A DNA stretch of 64,000 bases from positions 25,298,001 through 25,362,000 of the forward strand of contig CM075988.1 of NCBI GenBank assembly GCA_038087875.1, in the 5' to 3' direction. The number at the start of each line of letters is the position of its first letter. Position 1 is the first letter of the stretch. The notes under the pieces were generated by a model, which saw only the letters and a program-made list of their open reading frames with translations, was not told the origin of the DNA and did no database searches. Of this stretch, positions 38,685 through 52,365 are shown one piece after another. The position numbers and the translations under genes were made by a program. The DNA is from Malacoraja senta (Eukaryota).

Positions 38685-39761
38685 GAAACATAGAAAATAG
38701 GTGCAGGAGTAGTCCATTCGGCCCTTCGAGCCTGCACCGCCATTCAATATGATCATGGCTGATCATCCAACTCAGTATCCTGTACCTGCTTTCTCTCCAT
38801 ACCCCCTGATCCCTTTAGCCACAAGGGCCACATCTAACTCCCTCTTAAATATAGCCAATGAACTGGCCTCAACTACATTCTGTGGCAGAGAATTCCAGAG
38901 ATTCACCACTCTCTGTGTGAAAAATGTTTTCCTCATCTCGGTCCTAAAAGATTTCCCCCTTATCCTTAAACTGTGACCCCTTGTTCTGGACTTCCCCAAC
39001 ATCAGGAACAATCTTCCTGCATCTAGCCTGTCCAACCCCTTAAGAATTTTGTACGTTTCTATAAGATCCCCCCTCAATCTTCTAAATTCTAGCGAGTACA
39101 AGCCGAGTCTATCCAGTCTTTCTTCATATGAAAGTCCTGACATCCCAGGAATCAGTCTGGTGAACCTTCTCTGTACTCCCTCTATGGCAAGAATGTCTTT
39201 CCTCAGATTAGGAGACCAAAACGGTACGCAATACTCCAGGTGTGGTCTCACCAAGACCCTGTACAACTGCAGTAGAACCTCCCTGCTCCTATACTCAAAT
39301 CCTTTTGCTATGAATGCTAACATACCATTCGCCTTCTTCACTGCCTGCTGCACCTGCATGCCTACTTTTAATGACTGGTGTACCATGACACCCAGGTCTC
39401 GTTGCATCTCCCCTTTTCCTAATCGGCCACCATTCAGATAATAGTCTACTTTCCTGTTTTTGCCACCAAAGTGGATAACCTCACATTTATCCACATTATA
39501 CTGCATCTGCCATGCATTTGCCCACTCACCCAGCCTATCCAAGTCACCTTGCAGCCTCCGAGCATCCTCCTCACAGCTAACACTGCCCCCCAGCTTCGTG
39601 TCATCCGCAAACTTGGAGATGTTGCATTCAATTCCCTCGTCCAAATCATTAATATATATCGTAAATAGCTGGGGTCCCAGCACTGAGCCTTGCGGTACCC
39701 CACTAGTCACTGCCTGCCATTGTGAAAAGGACCCGTTTACTCCTACTCTTTGCTTCTTGTT
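38685..39761 (-). mobile_element. Young CR1 LINE 3' fragment (RT C-terminal half)
   Basis: Open frame from GVPQGSVLGP/FADD to GYGEKAGTGY*; nearly identical to 30325-31388. Confidence 0.93.
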
Positions 39762-42700
39762 GTTACTTCTTACTCCCTCAAGCATCATGTAGCACCACAT
39801 TTCTCACTCTTAAATTTCATTTGCCACTTAGCCAATTCCATTAGCCCGTTTATATTTCCTTTCTCCTCACAGTTTACATAATCTCCAAATTATGCTTCAT
39901 TTGCAAATTTGGAACTTCTGCTCTATGCACTCGTGTCCAAATCATTTTCACGTGTTAAGAAAAGCAATGGTGTTAATTTTGCCTATATATCTCTCAATAT
40001 TCTGAATACAATTCCTTTAACCCCTTTCAATGTATTAACAAGTGCCGTTAATTTTACCCAAATAACTGAGAAAATTATATATTGTCAACAAAACAGCACA
40101 GTAAATTAATCCTCACTTCCTTACAGTCTCAAATTTCTGGTGTTATTTAACTTTATTTTATGCATGTAAATATATATTCTTTTAATTAAGCAATAACATA
40201 AGAGGAATGAGCTGTCTTTGTAATATCTGTGATACAGTAACCAGGAAGAGAATTATAATATAAGTTAGTATTTGTTGTCTTTTCAATTTCCTTGATGATA
40301 GAACGGATAAGGAAACCACCTAGTATGTTGCCGAGCCTTTAAATCTCCTTGTTTTATCTCATGCATTGCCTTTGTTTATCAATGGGATCAGAAAATGTAG
40401 CATTAGAATTGATCTCAGCTAACATCAAATATTAACTAGAACATCTGAGTAAGGAAAGTTAATGGAATAATTTTGAGGGACAGTGTAAAACAGCATTTAT
40501 AAAAGCATGCATAAACCAACACTTGTCAGCAGAGATTTGTTAGAAGATTTCATTGAACCATGGTTGAACTGAATAATTCATGTCTATACCTTAAAAAGGG
40601 AAAGATGGAAAACATTTAGTAATTTTTTTAAGCAATTAATTTACGATGCTGTGTTTGTCATTCCAGTCTCTTTCAGTTGCATTCAGACCTTTACTTGTTC
40701 TACCAATGTAAAGGGTAGTTTGCTTGATGTTTATATGAATAACCGACACATAAAGCTGGTTGTGAAATATCTGACCCAACCGGTTAATTTCATTGTTGTG
40801 CAACTTCATTTCAACGCTTTGTTTTCTCAGATTCTATTTTCAGTCTTCAGAACCCTGAATGCATACTTGTTTCCAACATTATGGCACCCAACAACAATTT
40901 TGTTGTATTTTCATTGCCATACCTCAACGAGAGCAATTTACATTTCCAAATCTAAGTCCTTAATTTAGGCACTGTACAACTTATGGGTTTTTCTTCACAA
41001 TGTCTCTACCAAACTCCTCCTCCAAGCCTTTGTGCCAGACTTGCTGGCCTGAATCCATACCCCACCCCCATAATGAAATTCTCACTACAGGAATCCCCAA
41101 CTATACTTATCTGACTCAGAAGGCGTATCTGGCTGGTGCAAAACAATATGAGCACCAACATGACCCGAATGGCAGCCTGCCTACAGTGAAGTCCAGCCCC
41201 GAAAAACCCCTCAAAAGTGTTGACGGCAGACATATCCTCAGCTTTATTGACAGTCAAAGTTGTAAGGAATTTTATATTTTTTCTTACATATATCATATAT
41301 AAGAAAAAGTTAATTAAATGAAATCTGAAAACACCAAGATATAGTTAAATACATCAAACTAAACCAAAACTTTTAAGCAAATACTTTTTCCATCTTTGCT
41401 TCCTGATCAGCTGCCTTCCAATCCCCATTGACATCTATGGAAATTTGCATCCTGTTTCTGATCTAATTCTGCACAATTCTGTAGATATTGGGAATTTAAA
41501 AAAGACTGAGAAGAATAAAGAAGACTGATTTAAACCCAGTCTTAATGTATTTAATTGGGGAAATTCCAGTTTGGAGCCACGGGCATAAGCCAACAAGATC
41601 CAGCTCATAGTCCACTTTTGTGTTCTTCGCATTAACCATTCATTTGCGCAGAAAGTTCAAATTCTGCTACATAACTTATGAACTGGTCTGTCACTACATT
41701 ACAAACACAAATGCAACTGGCCTATTCCCCTTGACATGAATGGATGGGAACAGATGTCAGGTTGATCGTTTTAAATGTAAGAAAATGTGCTTTGGCGCTG
41801 ACTTCAAATTTGCACAATTTTCTTGAATATCAAGGGAGATGTTTAGACTACTAGATGGAGACAATCAGTGACTGGCTGCAATGGTGCAAATGTTTCTTGT
41901 TAGCAGACCAAACCTGAATGTTGTGTGGTTTTGGTCCATTGCATTGTTACTTAGATCAATCGAGCACAGAGACAGGTGCTTTGGTGCAATTTGTCCATGC
42001 CAACCAAATGGAGTTCTGATTGGGGCCATATGGCACATTCGTCAATGAAGATCCAGATTCCTTGCCATTTGGAGGAAGGCAAATCATTGATGCAGGTAAA
42101 AATGATTGGGCTTAAGATACTGCCATCATTGTTACTGTAATGTCCTGTAATTTGAACAATTGGCATCTTAACTACAGCTTTTTGTTGGGCATGATTCCAA
42201 TTAATTAAAAAAATCCTATGATTGTATTGACCAGTTTTATTATGGCTCCTAATGCTTCATTTACTCAAAGAATGCTTAAGCATTCTTGATATATGTTATT
42301 TGTGAGTAAATGCAACTTGTGGGGGCTTCTTTCAACATGTTTCCTTACTTTGCTTAATATTGATAGCATAGTCAGAGTGTAATGGGACTGGTTGGATTGT
42401 TCACTTGCTGTGGTCAATTTGCCATTGTGAAGAATTTTGGGAGGTCATGAGAAAGGTGTTTTTTATATTGAAGTTATTTTTGCTTTAGTCCATATAAACC
42501 TGTGTTAAATTGATGTGTTAATGAAATTCTATTATGCTTTTTACACAATTTTACAATATTATTCCAGCACACACAAGCAATGTGGCATAGTTTGACTTTG
42601 TAGGACAATGAACAGGTTAACCTCAAAGTCATTCAAGATTAATAACAGAGGCAGGTTACATTTCATTTTGCTAATATGCTCTGACACTAATTAAAATGTA

Positions 42701-44096
42701 TGGCAGATGCAACTACTCCATTAAGAGACATTCTATTTGTGGCATTTTCTTGTGGTTAAATATGCTGTCCTGATGGCTATTAAAGTTATATTAGATATAA
42801 ATTCAACAACCCATTGGAAACATTCTCTTGGACTTAAAACTGTAATTGAGATTCAGCAATAGTAATCCTATGGTACGATGGGCATTTTAACATCATGTTC
42901 ATAAGGGAGCATCTGGACCTTTTGAATTCAGACAAGTTGCTATGATTTACATTTTAATTTGAATTGCATACCATCATCGGTTATGGTCAAGTTGCACGGC
43001 AACTTTTTGGTCATAGTTGATCCCTAGTCCAAAATTTTACCATAGTGCTATCCTCTTGCACAGAACTTCATGTTTTATGGTAGCATTTGGGGAAGCAAGA
43101 CAGTTTGATCTGTCTCCCTACATCCATCCTCTAAAACAATAGTTACTTTTCTTCATTTTATTTTTGTTATTTGCAGAGAATGTATATATTTTCTCCTGCC
43201 TCTTTTGAAGACTCCTGTTGCCGCACGGCTTTGAGATGTCAAACGTCTTTCTGTGCCACACCTAAGCAGCTTTTCATCTGGTTTATACCAGAGAAGGAAT
43301 GTTGGCCATCAAATTAATCATTGCTTAAAGATTTGGATGAGAATACTTCATGCTCCTCAAGTTAGGCTAATTATTAATGTATGACTCTATTGGACTCAGT
43401 GAGAACATGTGAAATCAGTAACTTATTGATTGTTGACTGTCACTAATTCAATAATTTCATCAAAAATGTCTCCATTTGAGGAACTAACAGAAGGGTTGAA
43501 ACTCTGTCCTGTTTGTCATTGTTCTTTTACTAGTATGTTCCTTGCATAAAACTTTTTGGAAGATGAATTAATCAAACAAAACTAATCAGTGCACATGAAA
43601 TATACCATGTTCAATAGCTAACGTAGAACTATTGAATCCTCAAATGTAAGCTTAGCAGTGCTGAAAGGCTTTGGAAAGCTTGCACAATGTAACATGTCAA
43701 GTACAAGGGTAACCTTGAATAAATGCCAAATGAGTCTTCATCCATTAAAACCCATAATATTACTCTTTGGATATTTGGAAATGTCAGCAAAATGTCACAC
43801 ATTGAAAAACACAGTTTGGTTCTGGTCCAATTTATGTTTGTTGTGTTCCCAAACAGAGATTTTGGTGGATTATAAATTAATGAACTAACTTTCATCCTTG
43901 CAGTGCCAGTGGCATGGATGATACATATGTTGCAATGAAACTAGCCATTGATTTTTATAAAGTTCTAAAAATATGTTTAGAATATTCCCTTTTGTAAGCT
44001 TTTCAAAACCATTTTTTTTTGCCAACAACGGTAAACAGGTCTGATGAGTCTTACTTCACATAATGCTCATTTTATCAATGTGATAACATGCCATTA

Positions 44097-44741
44097 TAGA
44101 CAATAGACAATGGGTGCAGGAGTTGGCCATTTGGCCCTTCGAGCCAGCACCGCCATTCATTGCGATCATGGCTGATCATCCACAGTCAGTACCCGGTTCC
44201 TGCCTTTTCCCCATATGCCCTGACTCCGCTATCTTTAAGAGCTCTATCCAACCCTCCCTTGGAAGCATACAGAGAATTGGCCTCCACTGCCTTCTGAGGC
44301 AGAAAATTCCACATATTCACAACCCTCTGTGTGAAAAAGTTTTTTCTCATCTCAGTTCTAAATTGCTTTCCCCTTATTCGTAAACTGTGGCCCCTGGTTC
44401 TGGACTCCCCCAACATCAGGAACAGGTTTCCTGAGTCTACCGTGTCCAAACCCTTAATAATCTTATATGTTTCAATAAGATGCCCTCTCATCCTTCTAAA
44501 TTCCAGAGTATACAAGCCCAGCCGCTCCATTCTATCAACATATGACAGTCCCGCCATCCTGGGAATTAACCTCATGAACCTACGCTGCACTCCCTCAATA
44601 GCAAGAATGTTCTTCCTCAAATTTGGAGGCCAAAACTGCACACAATACTCCAGGTGTGGTCTCACTAGGGCCCTGTTCAACTGCAGAAGGACCTCGTTGC
44701 TCTTATATTCAACTCCTCTTGTTATGAAGGCCAACATGCCA
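44097..44741 (-). mobile_element. CR1 3' fragment
   Basis: GMLAFI…RPHLEYCVQFW…YGEKAGTGY* plus tail. Confidence 0.88.
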
Positions 44742-45652
44742 GTCTTTGACAAGTGGAATAAGGCATCATTGCCAAGGGCAAATGCTAAACAGAAACAAAG
44801 GGAAAATAATAACTTCCCAAACTCAGTTCTCAGGCAGGTGAATTAGCATAATGTGCGTGTAATGATGGTATCTGTATGTGCAGTTCTTTTGCAACAGCAT
44901 TATAACATACTTGGATAAACGGTGAAGTGGGTTTGAGGTTGCAATTGATAAATTCTGTATCACAGATAGCAGCACAGTATTTCACCATCTGTTGATCCAA
45001 ACTTTGTCATTGTTGCCTGATAAATGTAATAGTGCCTGAAAATATAATTGGTTGCAAATTTGCAACCAATTGTTTGTTACATTATTTCTTTCTTGCAGCA
45101 TAGCACCTCTGAAAATCACCCAGGTTATTTGTCTGTCAGAAGGATCGGTGTTTAGTGCATTGATCTTCCTGACAATCTTAAAACTTAGCTGCTTTAAAAA
45201 TTAAAATCGCCACATACTGGTGGTCCGCCATTTACTCAATGTCTGTTGTTATGAAGGAACACTGTTACACAGCATGGTGGTCAGACTCACAAAAAAACAC
45301 ACAGCATACCACATCGACATTCTCTCTGAGAAAATAAAATCAGGCAGATACTTAGTGCAGGCCTGAAGAAGCCATATTGCAGGCAGATTTTGATGGCTTT
45401 GTTAAAAATGTATTTTTTGTTAACAAGGAGAGAAACAAAAACCATGGATTTTTTGATTACTTTCTATAGGGAATTGGGAAGTAATAGGGAGAGTGAGAAC
45501 TATTTTGTACCACTATCTTGAAGTACCTCTCCAAGGGCATTATAAGTATGACAATAGGACTTGGTCAGCTTACTTAATCAATAATAACATTTTGAGATAA
45601 CAATATTAAGGCAACATGATCGTTATTAATAATCTGTCTATTAATGAGTTAG

Positions 45653-45855
45653 ACACAAAAAGCTGGAGTAACTCAGCGGGACAGGCAACATCTCTGGAGA
45701 GAAGGGATGGGTGACTCGAGACCCTTCTTCACTCTGGTCTTGACCCAAAACGTCACCCAACCCTTCTCTCCTGAGATAATGCCTGTCCCGCTGAGTTACT
45801 CCTGCTTTTTGTGTCTATCTTCGGTTTAAACCAGCATCTGCAGTTTCTTCCTACA
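45653..45855. mobile_element. Fold-back Penelope-type short element
   Basis: Inverted arms; perfect 14 bp TSD TATTAATGAGTTAG (45639-45652, 45856-45869). Confidence 0.8.
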
Positions 45856-46299
45856 TATTAATGAGTTAGTATGGGTGAGAAACCAAAAAAATGCTGTCAG
45901 AGATGTGCCATTCTGCCATGATTATTGACAGCAAGGCATTTCATGGCTTCTGATGACAGCGTTTTGCAGTGAGAATTTTTAATTAAAAAAAATTTAGGCC
46001 TAGATGTTCAAATAAAAGTCTTAATTTTCCTTAATTGAGGGTCTTAAACCTGGGAGCTTAGCTTTGAATTGATAGAAGGATCAGGGAAGATAAAGAAATA
46101 TCAGTTCACCAATAGAGTGGTAAGGATCTGTAAAAACTGTGTGAAATATAGTAGAGGCAGCAACCTCTGAGAGAGCCTGGATGTGTACATGAGGAGACAT
46201 GTCCTGTAGGGGTACACTCCAGATGCCAAATGGTGGGGTTAGGTTCTACAGCACTTAAACCATGCCACAAACAAATACCAAAAACAATAGAGAGGCCAT

Positions 46300-46970
46300 T
46301 GCAGGTACAGCAGGCAATGAAGGACCAAGAAACCAAGAACCAAGAAGAAAGCAAATGGCATGTTGGCCTTTTTAGCAAGAGGATTTGAGGTCCTACAGCA
46401 GTTGTACAGGGCCCTAGTGAGACCACACCTGGACTACTGTGTGTAGTTTTGGTCTCCTAATATGAGGAAGGAAATTCTTGCTATTGAGAACGTATAGCTT
46501 AGGTTCACCAGGTTAATTCCCAGGATGGTGGGACTGACATATGATGAAAGAATGGATTGACTGGGCTTGTATTCACTGGAATTTAGAAGGATAAGAGGGG
46601 ATCTTATAGAAACATATAAAATTCTTAAGGGATTGGACAGGCTAGATGCAGGAAAAATGTTCCCGATGTTGGAGGAGTCCAGAAACGGGTCACGTTTTAA
46701 GAATAAGTGGTAGGCCATTTAGGACTGAGATGAGGAAAAACTTTTTACCCAGAGAGTTGTGAATCTGTGGAATTCACTGCCACTTAAGGCAGTGGAGGCC
46801 AATTCACTGAATGTATTCAAGAGAGAGTTAGATATTGCTCTTAAGGCTAACGGAATTAAGGGATATGGGGAGAAAGCTGGAACGGGGTATTGATTTTTGA
46901 TGATCAACCATGATCATATTGAATGGCTCAAAACTCCGAATGCCCTACTCCTTCACCTGTCTTCTATGTT
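46300..46970 (+). mobile_element. Degraded CR1 3' fragment
   Basis: Nucleotide similarity to 30720-31388 with stops and indels. Confidence 0.85.
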
Positions 46971-48574
46971 TTTATTGCCTAGGTTATTTTTTAATGGTTA
47001 TGCCACAAAGGCTAGTAAAGTCATTTTAAATATTTTAGGCCGAAATATTAAATGGGGAAAATTTGTTGAATGAGATGGACAGAAAACAAATGTGCATTTT
47101 TTTTTGTTTACTTCCTATAATACTCTAGGACAGTGAGAACCACTATCTTGAAGTACATCTCCAAGGGCATTATGAATATGACAATATGACTCGGTCATCT
47201 TACTTAATTAATAATACAATTCTAAAATGTCATTTACTCTTTTGGGTTTTGCCAGCAAGACTATTCAGTATGAAAGGTACTTATAGGTGTTCAGTCTATG
47301 ATTATGTGACATTTTTTTCCATCGTTACTGAGACCCAACAATCCTACGTTGGTGTGCCATGATTGACAGCATTGCTTGAGCAAAGCAATTTGTTAAAACA
47401 ACGTTACAGCGATTTCTTTCTCAAAAATAATCTAAAGAAATAGAGCATTGGTCTGAATATTTTAATATCTGAATATTTTAATTTAGAATATATGTATTTA
47501 TTCATTGCTAGACCTTCACCTTGGAGTCTACTGAGTGAGTCATCCTTATAGTGCAGCATGATTACTCAAATATTACTTGGAGAAATGAAAAATGTGAAGT
47601 GTTTCTGCTATCTGACTTAATCTTATTCTTGACTTCAATTCCAAGAATGATAAATTAAACATCGTATCACCACAGGAACTATTTGTCAGCAGAGTTGAAT
47701 TAAAGATTTATTGCAGAATGGCACAAATCCATGTACCTCCTTGCCCTCAAATCCACATCTCATTCTATAATCTATCGACTTCAAATGCAAGCCTTGTGCT
47801 GCCTACACACAAATGCTTTATTTTCCCCTCAATAATCTTTTCAAATGTTGCTGGCTTTCTGCTATTAGCCTTAGCCTTGGTAAATAATAATAACATTCAG
47901 GGCATTCATACATTTTTATAATGAGCTTATCTGTGCACACTTGTCACATGATCTTTTGCTATTTGCACTATTTTATGCTTCACATCTTTGTGATCTGCAC
48001 CTTTCTAAGTTCTGATCTGACATTTCTAAGTTTCAACTAAGTCTGTTTCTGTGTTGCCCATAATTCTGTGGGTTTGCCTATTAAAATGTAAATATAAAAG
48101 TTAAAGCACCCATGTTCATGCCAGGGACAAGCCTCCTGAGTTTTGTGCTGATCTATAAAGTAAGTATGAAGTTTAAATTACTATTTAAAGTACTATTTAA
48201 ACTCCTGACTGAAGCTGTTCAATTCCCCACTTACTCAGCCTCACATGTCTGCAGAGACTTGCATCAATGATGACCCAAGAAACTGCAGATGCTGGGAATC
48301 TGAAGCAACAAAGAACAAGCTGCTGGAGGAACTCGGTTGGCCAGGCAGAATCTGTGGATGCAAATGGATGATTGAAGTTTTGGGTCAAGACCCTACGTCA
48401 GAACCGTGGGTGTAAAGCGATGGTCGCCAGTATAAAAAGGTGCGACGGCAGGAGCTGGCAAGTGATAGGTAGATCTAGGTGAAGAGTTGTCGATTGGCTG
48501 ATGTACCTCCTCCAACTTTGTCTACTGCATTCAGGGCTCTTGTGGTTGCCTCCTGCTACCCCACAAGATACCCT

Positions 48575-49770
48575 GCTTGGATAGAGTGGATGTGGAGAGT
48601 TTCCACTCGTGGGAGAGTCTAGGACTAGAGGTCACAGCCTCAGAATTAAAGAACGTAGTTTTAGGAAGGAGAGGAGGACAAATTTCTTTAGTTTAGGGTG
48701 GTGAATCTGTGGAATTCTTTGCCACAGAAGGCTGTGGAATACAAGTCAGTGGATATATTTAAGGCAGAGATGGATAGATTCTTGATTAGTACAGGTGTCA
48801 GACGTTATCGGGTGACGGCAGGAGAATGGGGCAAGGAGGGATAGATCAGCCATGATTGAATGGCGGAGTTGACTAGATGGGCCGAATGGCCTAATGCTGC
48901 TCCTATCACTTATGATCTTATGATACCAAAAGCTTTGTTGAGTATCAGTGCTCTATCTGCAATAGCCATCTTCAGCTCCCGATTGTTAGCTGTCTCATTA
49001 ACATTCCCACATGTGCCATCTGCCCTCAGCCTCCAACACTGCCAAGTTGAGGACAACTAAAGGAACAGCACTGGGTAGTCTGCAGCGCATGCATGAACAA
49101 TGAATTCTCTAATTTCAGGTCAATCACACAGCCTCTGTCCAATTCTGTGTCCTCCTCCTCATCCAGCCAGGTCCTTTCATATACCCCCTTCTTTTCAATC
49201 GTTGATGAGACCACACTTGAAATACTGCATGCAATCCCGTAGCCCAGCTGTAGGAAGGATGTCATTAAGTTAGAAAGGTTGCAAAAGAGATTCACCAGGG
49301 TGCTACCTGGACTTGCAGGCTTGAGTGAACGCTCACAGACTTTTTCCCAGGGTGGAGAATTCTAAAAGTACAGGGCATGTACTGTTCTTGATTCGAACGG
49401 GTGTCTGGGGTTATGGGGAGAAGGCAGGAGATGGGGTTAGGGGGAGAAATAGATCAGCAATGATTGAATGGTGGAATCGACTTGATGGGCAGTATGGCCT
49501 AATTCTGCTCCGATCACTTATGAACATAAGCTTGAGGTGAGACGGGAGAGATTTAAGGGTGACCAGAGGGGTAAATAAAGTTCCAGAAGGAACTTTGCCG
49601 GAGGATGCTATAGAACCTGATACAATTACTACATTTAAAATAAATTTGGACAGATATATGGATGAGGGTTTAGAACGATATGGTTCAAATACAGGCAAAT
49701 GGGACCAGGCCAGTATACCAACTCGGTTGGCATGGACAAGGTGTCCCATGCTGCACAGCTCAAGGAATGA
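48575..49770 (+). mobile_element. Cluster of CR1 3' remnants interleaved with Penelope-type remnants
   Basis: GTGGTGAATCTGTGGAATTC, GATCAGCCATGATTGAATGG and similar CR1 3' signatures at 48575-48920 and 49210-49770. Confidence 0.65.
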
Positions 49771-51223
49771 CTCTGAACCCCTGCGAACATCCTCAGTTTC
49801 TTTCCCCTGTCCACCTGGTTCCAAGTGCTTATCAGCCACACACCATACCCACTTGATCTTCTACCCTCTCCCCTCCTCCCTCCGTTCCCCTTTTGCACAC
49901 CATCCATTCCCATATCTGGTTCCACTCATCACCTCCCTTCCTTAACAGATTCTATAATGTACAATCTTTGATTTCTCCACTGTCACCTCCCATCGATACT
50001 GCTGTCTCAACCCCTCCTTTTTCTCACACTCCATCTGCATCTACTCTTCCTCACCTGGAACCACCTATCACCTACCAGCTCCTGCCTTTCCCTTCCCCCA
50101 ACACCTCTTTGTACCGGTTATCTCCCCTGTATGTTCTCGGGCCTGATGTAGGGTCTCAACCCAAAACATCAACTATCCCTTTGCCTCCACAGATTCTGCC
50201 TAACATCTGAGTTCCTCTGGCAGCTTGTTTGTTTTTTTTTGCTTGCCTCAATGGTGCAGGTGGGAGGGGAAGAATGTCAGAACAAACCATGACTTCAACT
50301 GTTGAGAAGGTTTTGGCAGTCAGCGAGCCGCACCCCATAGTTTTTGCAGACTGTCAAACTGACAGTTTCTGATGCTCGGAAACATTCAGAAGATCTTAAA
50401 AATGAGTTTAGGGTCTCGACCCGAAACATCAGCTATTCCTTTTCTGAGTCAATCCAGCTTCTTGTGTCGATTTTCCGTTAAAACATAAGGGTATTTGTTT
50501 AATTTTTAAAAATATATATCTTTTAGACATATCCTTCCCCTATAGCTCAGAATATTTAAAACTAAATTAATTGAAAAATAAATCAAGATTGGTCTCCATT
50601 CCAATTAATGGGGACACTGTTCCTGCATTGAACCAAATTGGTTTCTTGTGCTGCTCCCAATAGTATGAGCTGAAAAACTGGGCCAACGTCACTTTTGCTG
50701 CTGGACTCTCTACGGATGTGATGTTGGGAGTTTTATGATCTACCCAGTTAATGACACTGTGTGGCAGATGTGAGCTTTATTTAATATTGCAGGATACTGT
50801 GATGCTCTCGTGTGGAGGAAAACTGTACTGCAATAAGCTTGCTTCCACATCATCAACTTGAGTGCTTTAGCTTTTACTTTAGAAAATCTCATTGGGACAG
50901 GGTAGGAGGCAGGAATCTGTTTAAACACAATACATTGGGCTTTTCTCACATTGTCATTCCTGTTTACATTTGATATTTCTTCATGTGGAGCTAATGTGAT
51001 AAACCGTTAAATATTGGTTTCCTTTTCACGTTATTGTTGCTGATATTATCTCCTAAGTGCTATTTGATAGGGGGTGCAAAAAGAGATTTTAGCACGTCAC
51101 TCAACATTAACGTGATAAAAACATGTGTCAGGTTTAAACTATGCTTACTATGTACATTTATGTTGTGAAATCTGCCTTTACTTTGGTTCTTTCAAGCATA
51201 TACTAAGTATCCACCTAATGTTA

Positions 51224-51351
51224 ACAGAAGGGTCTCGACTCGAAATGTCACATATTCCCTTTCTCCAGAGATGCTGCCTGACTCGCTGAGTGACTCCAGC
51301 ATTTTGTGTCTGTCTTCAGTGTAAACCAGCACCTGCAGTCCCTTCCTACAC
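51224..51351 (+). mobile_element. Single-arm Penelope-type short element starting at the hammerhead-like hairpin
   Basis: Begins …GAAGGGTCTCGACTCGAAATGTC; perfect 15 bp TSD ATCCACCTAATGTTA (51209-51223, 51352-51366). Confidence 0.75.
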
Positions 51352-52326
51352 ATCCACCTAATGTTATTCTGGCTAATGACCATGCTGTATGTATAACAAT
51401 ATTCTGAAACAACAATTTTGAAATCTGTATTGTCATAGAGTCACACAGCATAGAAGCAGACCCTTCGGCCCAACTTGAACATGCCAAAAAAATTATACCA
51501 CCTGCCTGTGTGGGGCCTATATCCCTCTGCACATTTGTTGTCGATGTACCTGCCCAAATGTTGTTTATATGTAGTTATAGTACCTGCCTCAACTACCTCC
51601 TCTGCCAGCTCGTTCCATATACCCTCAGTGTGGAACCGTTCCTGATAAAACTTTCCCCTCTCACCTTAAACTGATGACCTCAGCTTTTTAATTCTCCACC
51701 TCTGGGTAAAAGACTGCATTTACCCTATCTATTCCCCACATTATTTTATACACCTCTACAAGATCACCCCTCAGCATCCTGCACTCCAAGGAACAAACTT
51801 CTAATCTGTCCAAATCAAATGTTATCCCATTCTCATGCAGTATCCACATGAGAGGATCCATTCTAGAAAAGATTATAGGACAACAATCTGGGAAGAGTAT
51901 TTTTCAACATCTGCTAATTACCCAAAGTCAATGATTGTAACATGAAAAGACAGTCCTCACATTCAAATAGACCATCAGCATATGTGGTGCATTTAACGAC
52001 TAAACCCATGGATCAAAAACCACTTGTGTTTTGTCAAATGTTCTCTGTCATGTTTACAAATTCCTCAATTTAATTGAAACCTTTCACAATGACATAAAAA
52101 TATCTTAAGGTTCAAATGGCATATTATGGATGTTGCAGGACAACCATTTCCACAAACTCCCTGCTGTCTCACTCCCCACAGATAAACATACTTTCAGGCC
52201 TCTGCAAGATCTGCCACACTACTAAATTCTGGAACAAAAACAACCAATTCTTTCTTCTGTGGAGGAGTACTTACCCATTGTGCAGCAATCTCATGCCACC
52301 AGGATGGAGAATCATGTGTTGGGAGA

Positions 52327-52365
52327 TTTATTACTTATACTGGTTATGGTCAACAGAAATTTATT
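52327..52365 (-). terminator. Candidate polyadenylation signals of the HAS1-like mRNA
   Basis: Two minus-strand AATAAA hexamers (52327-52332, 52360-52365) about 350-390 nt after the stop codon. Confidence 0.35.

Noticed and set aside
40000..48000. Hidden protein-coding gene between the SORL-like and HAS-like genes
   Set aside because: Acceptor-like sites exist but no translated segment resembled a known protein; small exons cannot be excluded without a homology search.
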